Notes: generated by a model not told the origin, from the letters alone. Numbered from the stretch's first letter, positions 17,876 through 26,640 are shown. The stretch: DNA of 32,000 bases from Propionibacteriaceae bacterium (GCA_031256725.1 JAIRQE010000008.1:1-32000); one strand, 5' to 3'. Translations and numbers: made by a program.

Positions 17876-19561
17876 ATGCTGAACTACGCACAGTTCTACC
17901 AACCAGGTGTGCCAACTCACATTGAGTTACCAACCACTTCACTCGCAGACATGTGCGAAACCGCCATCGCCCAATCCCCCGACCGTATCGCTTTAGATTT
18001 CTTTGGCCGGGCCACCACCTATGCCCAGCTTGGTGACCAGATTTCCAGGGTTGCCGAAGGCCTCAACCGTCTTGGTGTACGCGCTGGCGACAGGGTGGCA
18101 CTCATCTTGCCGAACTGCCCACAACATGTCATCGCCTTCTATGCCATCCTAAGACTCGGGGCCATTGTCGTTGAGCATAACCCTTTGTACACCTCCCGCG
18201 AACTCCGCCACCTCTTCGAGGATCACGCCGCAAGGGTTGCCATCGTTTGGGATGCCGCAGTCGAGAAGCTGCAACATCAACCCGAAGACATTGAACTGAA
18301 ACACATTATTTCGGTTAACATGCTCAGCGAATTCCCCCTCTCGAAGCGTCTTGCGCTCAAGCTCCCCCTTCCCACACTGAAGGCAACACGAAGCAAGCTC
18401 ACCGCTAAAGTTTCTGGCACCATGGAGTGGAAGGACCTGCTCAAGCATCGACCACTCAAGAAGTCACACCCACGCCCCAAGGTGAGTGACATCGCAGCGA
18501 TACAGTACACCTCAGGTACCACTGGTCAACCTAAGGGTGCGATCTTGACCCATCTGAACCTTCATTCCAATGCCCGCCAAGGCAAAGCTTGGATGCCTGA
18601 AACCAAGCTGGGACACGAAGTCTTCTATGCCTTCCTCCCCTTCTTCCATGCTTTTGGTACCACAGTCCTGTTGGTGTACGGCATCCTCCAGCAGGCTCGC
18701 ATCCATCTCTTCCCCACCTTTGACCCCAGTCTTGTCCTCGCCGCCGCCAAGAAGGATCCACCAACGGTACTCGTCGGTGTACCTCCCATCTTTGAAGCCC
18801 TTGCTATTGCGGCAAAGAAGCGAAAAATCTCCTTCAAGACCGCGAAATTCTGTCTGTCTGGTGCGATGAGTCTGCCCCAATCCACGATGGAGTCCTGGGA
18901 GACGATTGCTGGAGGGTACCTCGTTGAGGGGTACGGCATGACCGAATCCTCTCCAGTCAGTCTCGGCAACCCCTTCCACCATACTCGTCGTCCAGGAACA
19001 GTGGGTCTGCCTTTCCCGTCAACACAGATCAAGGTTGTTGAAGCCGACAATCCCAACCAAGAGGTACGCCAGGGCGAGCGCGGGGAACTCCTTGTTCGGG
19101 GCCCGCAGGTTTTCCAAGGCTATTGGAACAACCCGGAAGAGACTGCGAAGACCCTTCTTCCAGGTGGTTGGCTGGCTACTGGCGACATCGTGATCCAAGA
19201 TCCTGACGGGTTCACTGCCGTTGTGGATCGAAAGAAGGAACTTATTATCACCTCGGGGTTCAATGTTTCCCCAACCGAGGTGGAGATCATCATGAAGTCC
19301 CATCCAGGGATCGCTGATGCTGCCGTGGTGGCTCTGCCCCATCCCTATTCTGGCGAAGAGGTAGTCGCTGCAGTGGTCATGAACCCTGGGGAGACTCTGG
19401 ATGTTCAAGAACTACGAACCTTCTGCAAGGCCCGCTTGGCTGCTTACAAAGTACCTCGTCGTTTCTTCCCAGTCGAGACTTTACCCAAATCGGTGATCGG
19501 CAAGGTTCTTCGTGGTCAGGTACGTACTGACCTTATGGGTGAGGCTAAGAAGGCCGAGTAG
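17876..19561 (+). CDS. fadD: Long-chain fatty-acid--CoA ligase (AMP-binding enzyme)
   Basis: AMP-binding motif IQYTSGTTGQPKGA, a downstream GYGMTE motif, and GGAGG 6 nt upstream of the ATG. Confidence 0.87.
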   Translation: MLNYAQFYQPGVPTHIELPTTSLADMCETAIAQSPDRIALDFFGRATTYAQLGDQISRVAEGLNRLGVRAGDRVALILPNCPQHVIAFYAILRLGAIVVEHNPLYTSRELRHLFEDHAARVAIVWDAAVEKLQHQPEDIELKHIISVNMLSEFPLSKRLALKLPLPTLKATRSKLTAKVSGTMEWKDLLKHRPLKKSHPRPKVSDIAAIQYTSGTTGQPKGAILTHLNLHSNARQGKAWMPETKLGHEVFYAFLPFFHAFGTTVLLVYGILQQARIHLFPTFDPSLVLAAAKKDPPTVLVGVPPIFEALAIAAKKRKISFKTAKFCLSGAMSLPQSTMESWETIAGGYLVEGYGMTESSPVSLGNPFHHTRRPGTVGLPFPSTQIKVVEADNPNQEVRQGERGELLVRGPQVFQGYWNNPEETAKTLLPGGWLATGDIVIQDPDGFTAVVDRKKELIITSGFNVSPTEVEIIMKSHPGIADAAVVALPHPYSGEEVVAAVVMNPGETLDVQELRTFCKARLAAYKVPRRFFPVETLPKSVIGKVLRGQVRTDLMGEAKKAE

Positions 19562-19582
19562 TCCTCTTGAGAGCGTGGTCGT

Positions 19583-21172
19583 CTACAGACCGATGTCGAA
19601 AGAAATCACGGAGTTCGACATGGATCCGACTCTGAAATGGGAACCTTGGGGAGCCTCAACGGGGACCTGGTAGACGAAGATACCTTGGACACTATTCCCT
19701 GGTTGAATGGTGAGAACCCAGAAGGTGTTCTTTGTACCATCAGGCGCAGAAATGGCCATGGTTCCATTGGGGTTCGGTCGATAGGCGACACCATCGCCTG
19801 CAGCCAAGATCGAGTCAGAGACCACATGTACATAGGTCTGCGAGCCAGAGAAACTCATTTCAATGGGTACTGCAACAAAAACCATTCCAGGCGAAGGTGT
19901 CGTTGACCCAATCTCGGTGAGTACCTCTGCTTGATCAAGGACAGTGAAGGTCACCAATCCGGATTCGACCTTCATCGACACCGGCATACCAATGGGTACT
20001 AATGTTCCTGTTGGTGGCCTAGATTCTGGAGGCGGTTGATTCAAAGGCGACTCCACTGTGGAGGTACCACCAGGATTTGTTGACCCTGATACGGAAGAAC
20101 CAGTACCACTACTGCCTGGAGTACCTGAGGTGAGCATCCATGGCACCCCTCTGATGCCCACAAGAATTCCAGCAGCCACAGCTACAAGAATGGCGACAAT
20201 AAAGAGTATTACCAATCCTGGACTTACCTTACGCTGAGGTTTCTTCTTGTGCTGAGACTTCTTCTTGGGTTGTACAGGGGGGTGGGGAACAGAAGTCCGG
20301 TGCTCGCCCACTGGAGGTATAGGTTCAGTAAGCATAGGCCAGGCTGGCAGTGGTACTTGCTTAGGTTCTTCCTGAGGCAGATCCGCCATAATTCCAGGAG
20401 GCCAGGCAGGTACAGTTTCAGGCGGCTGCAAAGGTTGATGGGACAGCAATTCGGGATATGACATCGGGATGGGGGAAGTAATCTCAACTGGTAATGGTTC
20501 TGGAATTACTGACTCAGATGTCTCGGGAGCTGGTGACTGCGGCGTCACTCCTGGTACTGGAGTGGGCATCCATATCGGTGGCTGGTACTGAGTTTCCAGT
20601 GCGGGAGACTGAGGCTCAAGGAGTTGAGGTGTCGAGGGCGGTACTGGCGCAGACTCCAAAGTTGGCACAGACTCTACAGTTACTGGATCTTGAGGCTGAA
20701 GTACCACTGGGGGTACTGTCGCTGTCTCAGAAGTTGCGGGTGCCTGAGGTGGCTGCGGCATGGACTCAGGTTGAAGAGGCTCAAGCGGAACTGAAGGTAC
20801 CGATGTTTGAAGAAACTCGGCTGGAACTGAAGATTCTAGTGGTTGTGTATAGTCGGGGACCTGAGGAGGCTCAGGTGGTACTTCTGGACGCGGGCCGTAG
20901 TAACCAGCGTACTGACCCTCATTCAGATGCTGACCATCCGGCGGATACGGCCCAGGCGCACTGAGTCCTGGATAGGGGCTCGAACCAAAATCGGGTAAAG
21001 GCTCAGTCTGAATCTTGTGGGATTCCGCTGAAGACTCTGGTTCAAGGCGCGGATCAATCTCCTCCTTGTCTGGAGGAACTGTACCTAATGTAACCCATGC
21101 CTCCACTGTCTGGGGTCCATTTACAGGACTCTCGCTCACAAGACTAATCGTACCCCTGAAGATCGAAAACAA
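19583..21172 (-). CDS. Large Pro-rich, single-TM protein with a DUF4352-like C-terminal domain
   Basis: About 300 aa of low-complexity P/E/Q/V-rich sequence, a basic stretch (KKKSQHKKKPQRK), the TM helix LVILFIVAILVAVAAGILVGI, and a beta-rich C-domain. Confidence 0.7.
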   Translation of the reverse strand: MFSIFRGTISLVSESPVNGPQTVEAWVTLGTVPPDKEEIDPRLEPESSAESHKIQTEPLPDFGSSPYPGLSAPGPYPPDGQHLNEGQYAGYYGPRPEVPPEPPQVPDYTQPLESSVPAEFLQTSVPSVPLEPLQPESMPQPPQAPATSETATVPPVVLQPQDPVTVESVPTLESAPVPPSTPQLLEPQSPALETQYQPPIWMPTPVPGVTPQSPAPETSESVIPEPLPVEITSPIPMSYPELLSHQPLQPPETVPAWPPGIMADLPQEEPKQVPLPAWPMLTEPIPPVGEHRTSVPHPPVQPKKKSQHKKKPQRKVSPGLVILFIVAILVAVAAGILVGIRGVPWMLTSGTPGSSGTGSSVSGSTNPGGTSTVESPLNQPPPESRPPTGTLVPIGMPVSMKVESGLVTFTVLDQAEVLTEIGSTTPSPGMVFVAVPIEMSFSGSQTYVHVVSDSILAAGDGVAYRPNPNGTMAISAPDGTKNTFWVLTIQPGNSVQGIFVYQVPVEAPQGSHFRVGSMSNSVISFDIGL

Positions 21173-21244
21173 CGAATCATGTTTGAAATATGCATAACTA
21201 CTTCAGAATCTGCGTTGTTTCTAGTGAGTTATTAGCCCACAATG

Positions 21245-21345
21245 GACCCCGGATCGGCCGACGGGCTGGGGGGAAACCCGCCGGCCGACCCTCATGATCC
21301 CACAGGACGGATGCCCAGAGGGGGGGAACTGAGCAGTCCTTCACG
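21245..21345 (-). ncRNA. 6C-type small RNA (two hairpins with C-rich loops)
   Basis: Minus-strand hairpin 1 (21305-21339) has an 11-bp stem interrupted by a 3-nt bulge and the loop UUCCCCCCCU. Hairpin 2 (21251-21290) has a 12-bp GC-rich stem and the loop UUUCCCCCCAG. The ends are not defined and no clear terminator U-run is present. Confidence 0.55.
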
Positions 21346-21526
21346 TACGACGATGAGGTCGTAGGCCCCTCCGATGGTGGATCTCCCATCGGAGTCGCTG
21401 AAGATCAGCTTACCATACACAATCGATTGACTCAAAGCATTGTGGAAATCGCATGAACCATTGCATACAGCCCGGAGACTAGGACTAGAATGTCCTCAAG
21501 CAGATTTCGATCACCTGGGGGGTGAC

Positions 21527-22582
21527 ATGCCAACTCGCGTTAGTCAACGACCCACGCAGCGACAAATTGCTGCCCAAGTGGGGGTAAGTGTAACCACCGT
21601 TTCTCGGATTCTTAATCCAGAAGAGACCCATCCAGAACGATGGGCCTCCCCAGAAACCGTTGAAGCGATCCGAAAAGCCGCCTCCGACTTAGGTTATCGA
21701 CGAAATGCGCTAGCAGTGTCACTTCGTACCTCCCGATCCCAAACTGTCGGTGTCCTACTGCCCATGATCGGGGACTATGTTCTCGCCACAATCTTTGCGG
21801 GAATTGATGAGGTTGCTCGCGAGAATGGCGTCATGGCCATCACAGCATCCACCCTTGATGAACCAGCTTTGAGAGCAGAGCGTACCTTCAAGATGCTTGA
21901 CCATCTTGTTGATGGGATGATCTTCGCTGATGCCCACCTGGATGAGCATTTCCTTGATGGTATCGAGGCTCAGCGCGTACCCTTCACCCTCGTACACCGC
22001 CGCCACTCACGACACATCTCTGTTACTGCAGATGATCGAGCTGCCGGACGAATGGCTGCCGAACATCTCATCAGTCTTGGAAGAACCCGCCTAGCCATGG
22101 TCACTGGACGCCGGTACATGTCCACGGGTACAGATCGAGTCGAAGGCTTCGTTTCAGCCGCTCTTGAGGCTGGATTGCCTGAACCAACGATCTACGACAA
22201 TGGTTTTACAGTACGTGCAGGCCGCGATGCTGCTGTGGCGATGCTTGCTCGACCCCCCTATCCTGATGGACTATTCGCCTTCCATGATCTGGCGATCCTC
22301 GGAGCAGCAAGCGTCTTCCGCCACCATGGATTGCGAGTACCTGATGACATCGCCACTGTGGGATTCTATGACTCCCCCATGGCTTGGGCCTCTGACATGA
22401 CCTCCATTGGAGTGAACCTCCAAGATATGGGTCGTCGATCCCTGGAATTACTCCTAGATCGCCTATCGGGCAAACCTATAGAGTCGGAAGTCTTCCCAGT
22501 GACCCTCACGGTACGCCACTCCACCGATCCTTCGCGGCCCGTGGGATCCCCCATGGAAGCCCCCATCGCCAGAGCCCTTTAA
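21527..22582 (+). CDS. LacI-family transcriptional regulator (orphan, effector unknown)
   Basis: HTH QRQIAAQVGVSVTTVSRILN plus a sugar-binding-like core. I moved the start to MPTRV (ATG 21527), which is preceded by GGGGGTGA; the track start is 21440. Confidence 0.83.
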   Translation: MPTRVSQRPTQRQIAAQVGVSVTTVSRILNPEETHPERWASPETVEAIRKAASDLGYRRNALAVSLRTSRSQTVGVLLPMIGDYVLATIFAGIDEVARENGVMAITASTLDEPALRAERTFKMLDHLVDGMIFADAHLDEHFLDGIEAQRVPFTLVHRRHSRHISVTADDRAAGRMAAEHLISLGRTRLAMVTGRRYMSTGTDRVEGFVSAALEAGLPEPTIYDNGFTVRAGRDAAVAMLARPPYPDGLFAFHDLAILGAASVFRHHGLRVPDDIATVGFYDSPMAWASDMTSIGVNLQDMGRRSLELLLDRLSGKPIESEVFPVTLTVRHSTDPSRPVGSPMEAPIARAL

Positions 22583-22992
22583 AGGTACAACCCTGCGTGC
22601 TCCTCATCGAGACGGGTCGTTGCAACCGCATGAAGGTCGCGTTCCCTCAAAAGAATGTAAACCTCAGCTCTCAATTCAACCTCGGCAACCTCGTCAGGGT
22701 TGAAAAGGACACGATCCCCCACCTTGACCGACCGTACATTCGGGCCCGTGGCCGCAACAGTTGCCCATGCAAGACGGTGACCCATCTTCACGGTTGCGGG
22801 GATGAGAATCCCTCCACCTGAGCGGCGCTCCCCCTCAGTTTCCGAGGACACCAGAATGCGGTCATGAAGCATGTGAATGGGCAAGGGCTCAGCGGGAGCC
22901 TTCTTCGATGCTTTCGGTCGCTGGGTGGGTTCCGACTGTGTTTCTTTCGTTGTATCACTCACGTCAAGGGGCTCACTTTTTAGCCAAAACAA
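22579..22992 (-). CDS. GroES/Cpn10-like family protein with an N-terminal extension
   Basis: ..LHDRILVSSETEGERRSGGGILIP..VKVGDRVLF..EVYILLRERDLHAV matches the GroES pattern. The start is uncertain because the ORF overlaps the upstream gene by 20 nt. Confidence 0.6.
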   Translation of the reverse strand: MFWLKSEPLDVSDTTKETQSEPTQRPKASKKAPAEPLPIHMLHDRILVSSETEGERRSGGGILIPATVKMGHRLAWATVAATGPNVRSVKVGDRVLFNPDEVAEVELRAEVYILLRERDLHAVATTRLDEEHAGLYL

Positions 22993-23275
22993 TCACTGCA
23001 AGAACAGCAACAGCAACACCAGCAGCTGCTACGGGTACAGGCTTCCACCCCGAGTCGTCTTTGAAAAAGCTCATAACAAGATGTCCCGTGTCCTTGAGTT
23101 TTTCCTTACCCTTGTCTATCCCCTGCTTCACTTTGCGTTTATTCTCCTGAATAGCACGATGGGTGACCGCACGAGGATGAACCTCAGTTATCAATTGGGA
23201 GATATTCTCGGCAAGACGTTGCCGGGCATCGGCGAGATCCCGCTCAATAGCTTCCGCTGTACGCTCTAATGCCAT
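22973..23275 (-). CDS. DUF3618-like small membrane-anchored protein
   Basis: 100 aa: an N-terminal helical region (IERDLADARQRLAENISQL) and a C-terminal TM helix (PVPVAAAGVAVAVLAVIVLAKK). Confidence 0.65.
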   Translation of the reverse strand: MALERTAEAIERDLADARQRLAENISQLITEVHPRAVTHRAIQENKRKVKQGIDKGKEKLKDTGHLVMSFFKDDSGWKPVPVAAAGVAVAVLAVIVLAKK

Positions 23276-23345
23276 GATTCCTCCTTAGACTCGGCAGGAC
23301 AAGTTTAGCGGTTTTCGAGAAACACTAGGGATTAGGGGCTACGAT

Positions 23346-23852
23346 ATGTATATGTCTGAATTGGTTCGCGGTGATGCTGCCCCTGATTTTCGTCTCAAGG
23401 ACTCGCAAGGATCCTGGGTTTCATTCTCCGATTTCCCAAACAGGAAGCTCGTGCTCTATTTCTATCCCCAAGCACTGACACCCGGATGTACCGTCGAAGC
23501 GATCGATTTTTCACAGTACACCCCCAAATTCCGTGACGCGGGGTACACAATTATTGGAGTCTCCCCCGATGAGCCCGAAACCCTAGCCACGTTCATAGCC
23601 AAACATAACCTCACCATCACTTTGCTCGCAGACCCTGATCTTGTGACCATTAAGGAGTACGGCGCCTGGGGTGAGCGTATGTTGTGGGGCAAAACCTTCA
23701 CTGGACTCCTGCGCTCAACCTTCGTCCTTGAAATAGACGCCCAAGGCAAGGGTACGGTCGTGGATGCTCAATACTCCATCCGAGCCACCGGCCACGTAGA
23801 AAGACTGGCAAAGAGCCTAGGAATCTACGACCCTTCTGCGCGTGATGCCTGA
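23346..23852 (+). CDS. bcp: Thiol peroxidase / peroxiredoxin, Bcp type
   Basis: AhpC/TSA fold with the active-site context YFYPQALTPGCTVEA. Confidence 0.87.
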   Translation: MYMSELVRGDAAPDFRLKDSQGSWVSFSDFPNRKLVLYFYPQALTPGCTVEAIDFSQYTPKFRDAGYTIIGVSPDEPETLATFIAKHNLTITLLADPDLVTIKEYGAWGERMLWGKTFTGLLRSTFVLEIDAQGKGTVVDAQYSIRATGHVERLAKSLGIYDPSARDA

Positions 23853-23875
23853 GCTCTGCGCGTGATGCCTGAGCT
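23836..23875. repeat. Perfect 20-bp tandem duplication spanning the bcp stop codon
   Basis: CTGCGCGTGATGCCTGAGCT occurs twice (23836-23855 and 23856-23875). Confidence 0.95.
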
Positions 23876-24155
23876 CCCTCTACACCAGCCAGGATAACTT
23901 CATCAACCTCAACTCCAGCGCGAAATACGGTTATCGACCCATCTCCTTCCACGATAGCCCGACCTGCCTGCGATAAACGCCCACTACTGCCAACCAGTTA
24001 TACCCAATTGTTCCCACAGTGCTTCTTTCATAGACCTAGACTATCTATTTGATGGAATATCTTGATACTACATCTGTTGAGGGCTCTGGGACTGGGAAAC
24101 CCTGGGTTCCCCATCTTGGTAGAGGAACGCGGTCTCTTGTACACTTGTTCAGCCA

Positions 24156-24237
24156 GCCGGAGTGGTGAAATTGGCATACACGCAGGTTTTAGGTACCTGT
24201 GCCGCAAGGCGTGAGGGTTCAAGTCCCTTCTCCGGCA
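24156..24237 (+). tRNA. tRNA-Leu (anticodon TAG), class II with a long variable arm
   Basis: Manual cloverleaf: acceptor GCCGGAG/CTCCGGC, anticodon stem CAGGT/ACCTG, loop TTTAGGT, 13-nt variable arm, T-arm GAGGG-TTCAAGT-CCCTT, discriminator A. No CCA is encoded. Confidence 0.85.
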
Positions 24238-24339
24238 CCCATCACGGTAACATCATTCCATCACATTTACTCCAGATTCCGATGACGTCCATTCGATGGA
24301 TATAGATTCGTAGTTACCGTACTCGTGATACTCTGCTTT

Positions 24340-24648
24340 AAACCGTTGATAGGGAAGTAAAACCGGTAGCGCACTTACAGAGAGTCAGGGATGCTGAGAT
24401 CCTGACAGAAAGCGGGTCGGAAAAATGGGCCCTTGAGGGCTGAGGCGAAAGGCGCGAGCTTAGTAGTTTCAGACGTGTACTCACGTTACAGAGTAGAGAT
24501 GTGCTAGCATCTTAATGAGTGGGCAGCGTTCGCTGCCAAGCAGTGGTGGCACCGCAGGAGTTCAGGCTCTTGTCCCTGCAGAACAGTAGGAGACGAGGGT
24601 CTTTTTTCATTCCCGCACTCTCCTGAAGGCTCGCGAAAGGAGAGAACA
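24340..24648 (+). promoter_or_regulatory. T-box leader (apparent Trp/UGG specifier) controlling trpB2
   Basis: AGAGAG (24379-24384), distal GCTGAGA (24393-24399), GAAAAA-UGG-G (UGG at 24426-24428) and an AGTA box (~24462). The T-box sequence is CAGTGGTGGCACCGCAGG (24541-24558). A hairpin (24565-24574 paired with 24592-24601) plus T6 (24602-24607) follows, then the SD AAGGAGAG. Confidence 0.7.
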
Positions 24649-26031
24649 ATGAGCCAGAATGTACCGTACAAAACCTATCTAACCGAAGACGAGTTGCCCA
24701 CGCATTACTACAATGTGAGGGCAGACATGAAAGTCGGTCATGCCCCAATCCTGCATCCCGGCACCCTGCAACCTGTCACCGTCGCTGATATGGAGCCGAT
24801 CTTCTGTACAGAATTAGCCAAGCAGGAACTCAACACGGAAGACCGCTTCATCGAGATCCCCGAGCAGGTGCGGGCCTTCTATCGCATGTATCGGCCTTCA
24901 CCGCTTGTACGCGCCTATCACCTTGAGAAGGCACTCGGCACCCCAGCCAAGCTTTACTATAAGTACGAGGGTGGCAACACGTCAGGCAGCCACAAGCTCA
25001 ACTCAGCTATTGCCCAAGCCTATTATGCGAAAGAGCAAGGGCTAACTGGCTTGACCACCGAGACGGGCGCGGGACAATGGGGCAGCGCCTTGTCGATGGC
25101 CTGCGTGTACTTTGACCTTGAGCTTGAGGTGTACATGGTACGTGTGTCGTCCGAGCAGAAGCCCTACCGTAAGGTTCTCATGGAAACCTACGGAGCTCAG
25201 GTCATTGCCTCACCAAGTGATACGACCAGCATCGGGCGCACGATGCTCGAAAACCCCGAAAACCAGGGTGGCTCACTGGGCACAGCGATCAGTGAGGCAG
25301 TCGAGGTTGCGGTCACATCCGAGGGCAAGCGTTATGTCTTGGGTAGCGTTCTCAACCAGGTTCTCTTACATCAGTCGATCATCGGTATTGAAGCCAAGAA
25401 GGCCCTGGAGAAACTTGATGAGTATCCGGACATGGTCATTGGATGCGCTGGTGGCGGCTCTAATCTTGGCGGACTCATGTCCGCCTTCATGGAGGACAAA
25501 CTCGCAGGCAGAACAGCACCCCATTTCATTGCTGTCGAGCCAGCCTCGTGCCCGTCAATGACTCGTGGGCGTTTCGCGTACGACTTCTGTGACACTGGAC
25601 AGGTGACACCGCTTGCCAAGATGTACACCCTGGGACATGCGTTTATGCCCTCCCCCAGCCATGCTGGTGGATTGCGTTTCCATGGAATGAGCCCCATTTT
25701 AAGCCAGCTCTTCCACGATGGTTTCATCGACGAAGCTCGTGCTGTTGATCAGGTCTCGGTATTCCAGGCAGCAGAAATCTTCGCGCGCGCCGAAGGTACC
25801 TTGCCTGCCCCCGAGTCGTCTCACGCGATCCGTGCAGCCATCGACGAAGCACTCAAGTGCAAGGAAACCGGCGAGCAGAAGACAATCCTGTTCGGCTTGA
25901 GCGGCAACGGGTACTTCGACTTGGCTGCCTACCAGCAATACAACGAAGGTACCCTCACCGACCGTGTACCCACAGACGAAGATCTGGAACGCGGCCTAGC
26001 CACTATCCCCTCACTGCCAGGCATCCAGTAA
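24649..26031 (+). CDS. trpB2: TrpB-like PLP enzyme, TrpB2 subfamily (tryptophan synthase beta-like)
   Basis: 460 aa with the long N-terminal extension typical of TrpB2. The PLP-lysine context is NTSGSHKLNSAI; GGGSN and TETGAGQWG motifs are also present. Confidence 0.85.
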   Translation: MSQNVPYKTYLTEDELPTHYYNVRADMKVGHAPILHPGTLQPVTVADMEPIFCTELAKQELNTEDRFIEIPEQVRAFYRMYRPSPLVRAYHLEKALGTPAKLYYKYEGGNTSGSHKLNSAIAQAYYAKEQGLTGLTTETGAGQWGSALSMACVYFDLELEVYMVRVSSEQKPYRKVLMETYGAQVIASPSDTTSIGRTMLENPENQGGSLGTAISEAVEVAVTSEGKRYVLGSVLNQVLLHQSIIGIEAKKALEKLDEYPDMVIGCAGGGSNLGGLMSAFMEDKLAGRTAPHFIAVEPASCPSMTRGRFAYDFCDTGQVTPLAKMYTLGHAFMPSPSHAGGLRFHGMSPILSQLFHDGFIDEARAVDQVSVFQAAEIFARAEGTLPAPESSHAIRAAIDEALKCKETGEQKTILFGLSGNGYFDLAAYQQYNEGTLTDRVPTDEDLERGLATIPSLPGIQ

Positions 26032-26049
26032 GACTGAGGCAAGTATCCC

Positions 26050-26094
26050 CCGTCGAAACTGAGTGAATCCATTATGTTCACTCAGTTTCGACGG
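26050..26094 (+). terminator. Perfect 18-bp-stem hairpin downstream of trpB2
   Basis: CCGTCGAAACTGAGTGAA, loop TCCATTATG, TTCACTCAGTTTCGACGG. The trailing tract is only weakly T-rich. The loop contains the ATG of the next ORF. Confidence 0.5.
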
Positions 26095-26519
26095 AATGTC
26101 TTTATTGGATCCACCTTCTGCCTCTTCAACGTCTACTGGGTCTTGGGGTACCTGGGCATTGGATACGGTCTTCGATCCCAAGGCCGATCCCCTACCTGAC
26201 ATTATGATGTCTGTGATGAATGATGTCTGTGATGAAAATCGGTGGAGCGTTCTTGAACCTGATTGCCGTCGCATCTCTGTCACGACTACTCCCACCTCGC
26301 CTGAGGAAGCTCATACGTGGTCTGGGATGGTCTGCCGTCATTATCCTGGCCTTGCGAACCATCCCAGGTCTCATAGTCAATCTTCTGGGTGCGCTCACCA
26401 TCATCTCGGTCTCAAGTCCGAGTTGGTTCTGGAACACCTGGTTCGCAGCATGGCTTCTCGCTTTCTTTCCAGCCATGAAGCTCTCCAGGCCCACACTTGA
26501 CCAGAATGGCCCTGTTTAG
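26074..26519 (+). pseudogene. DUF3995-like membrane protein, apparently frameshifted
   Basis: The N-terminal 41 codons (26074-26199: MFTQFRRNVFIGSTFCLFNVYWVLGYLGIGYGL..) carry the family-like xVYWxLG motif and then hit TGA. The hydrophobic C-terminal 99 codons (26220-26519, with WFWNTWF) are in another frame. Confidence 0.45.
26204..26235. repeat. Perfect 16-bp tandem duplication (ATGATGTCTGTGATGA twice)
   Basis: Read directly at 26204-26219 and 26220-26235. The length is not a multiple of 3. Confidence 0.95.
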
Positions 26520-26640
26520 ATTAAGAATTCACCAAGATGTGCCGACCGTCATAGTCCATCTGGTAAATCGTCTGCATCAGATGCTGAGTTCCTGCTAGGC
26601 TTATTCCGTTGTTGGCTTGCACACTTCAAAGGGGCGTGAC

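Noticed and set aside
21198-21389. The 63-aa minus-strand ORF in the intergenic region.
   Set aside because: It coincides with the two C-loop hairpins of the 6C-like RNA and its translation is Pro/Gly-rich with no recognisable features.
24028-24222. The 64-aa minus-strand ORF.
   Set aside because: It overlaps the tRNA-Leu gene on the opposite strand.
24512-24748. The 78-aa minus-strand ORF.
   Set aside because: It lies antisense across the T-box core, the terminator and the trpB2 start.
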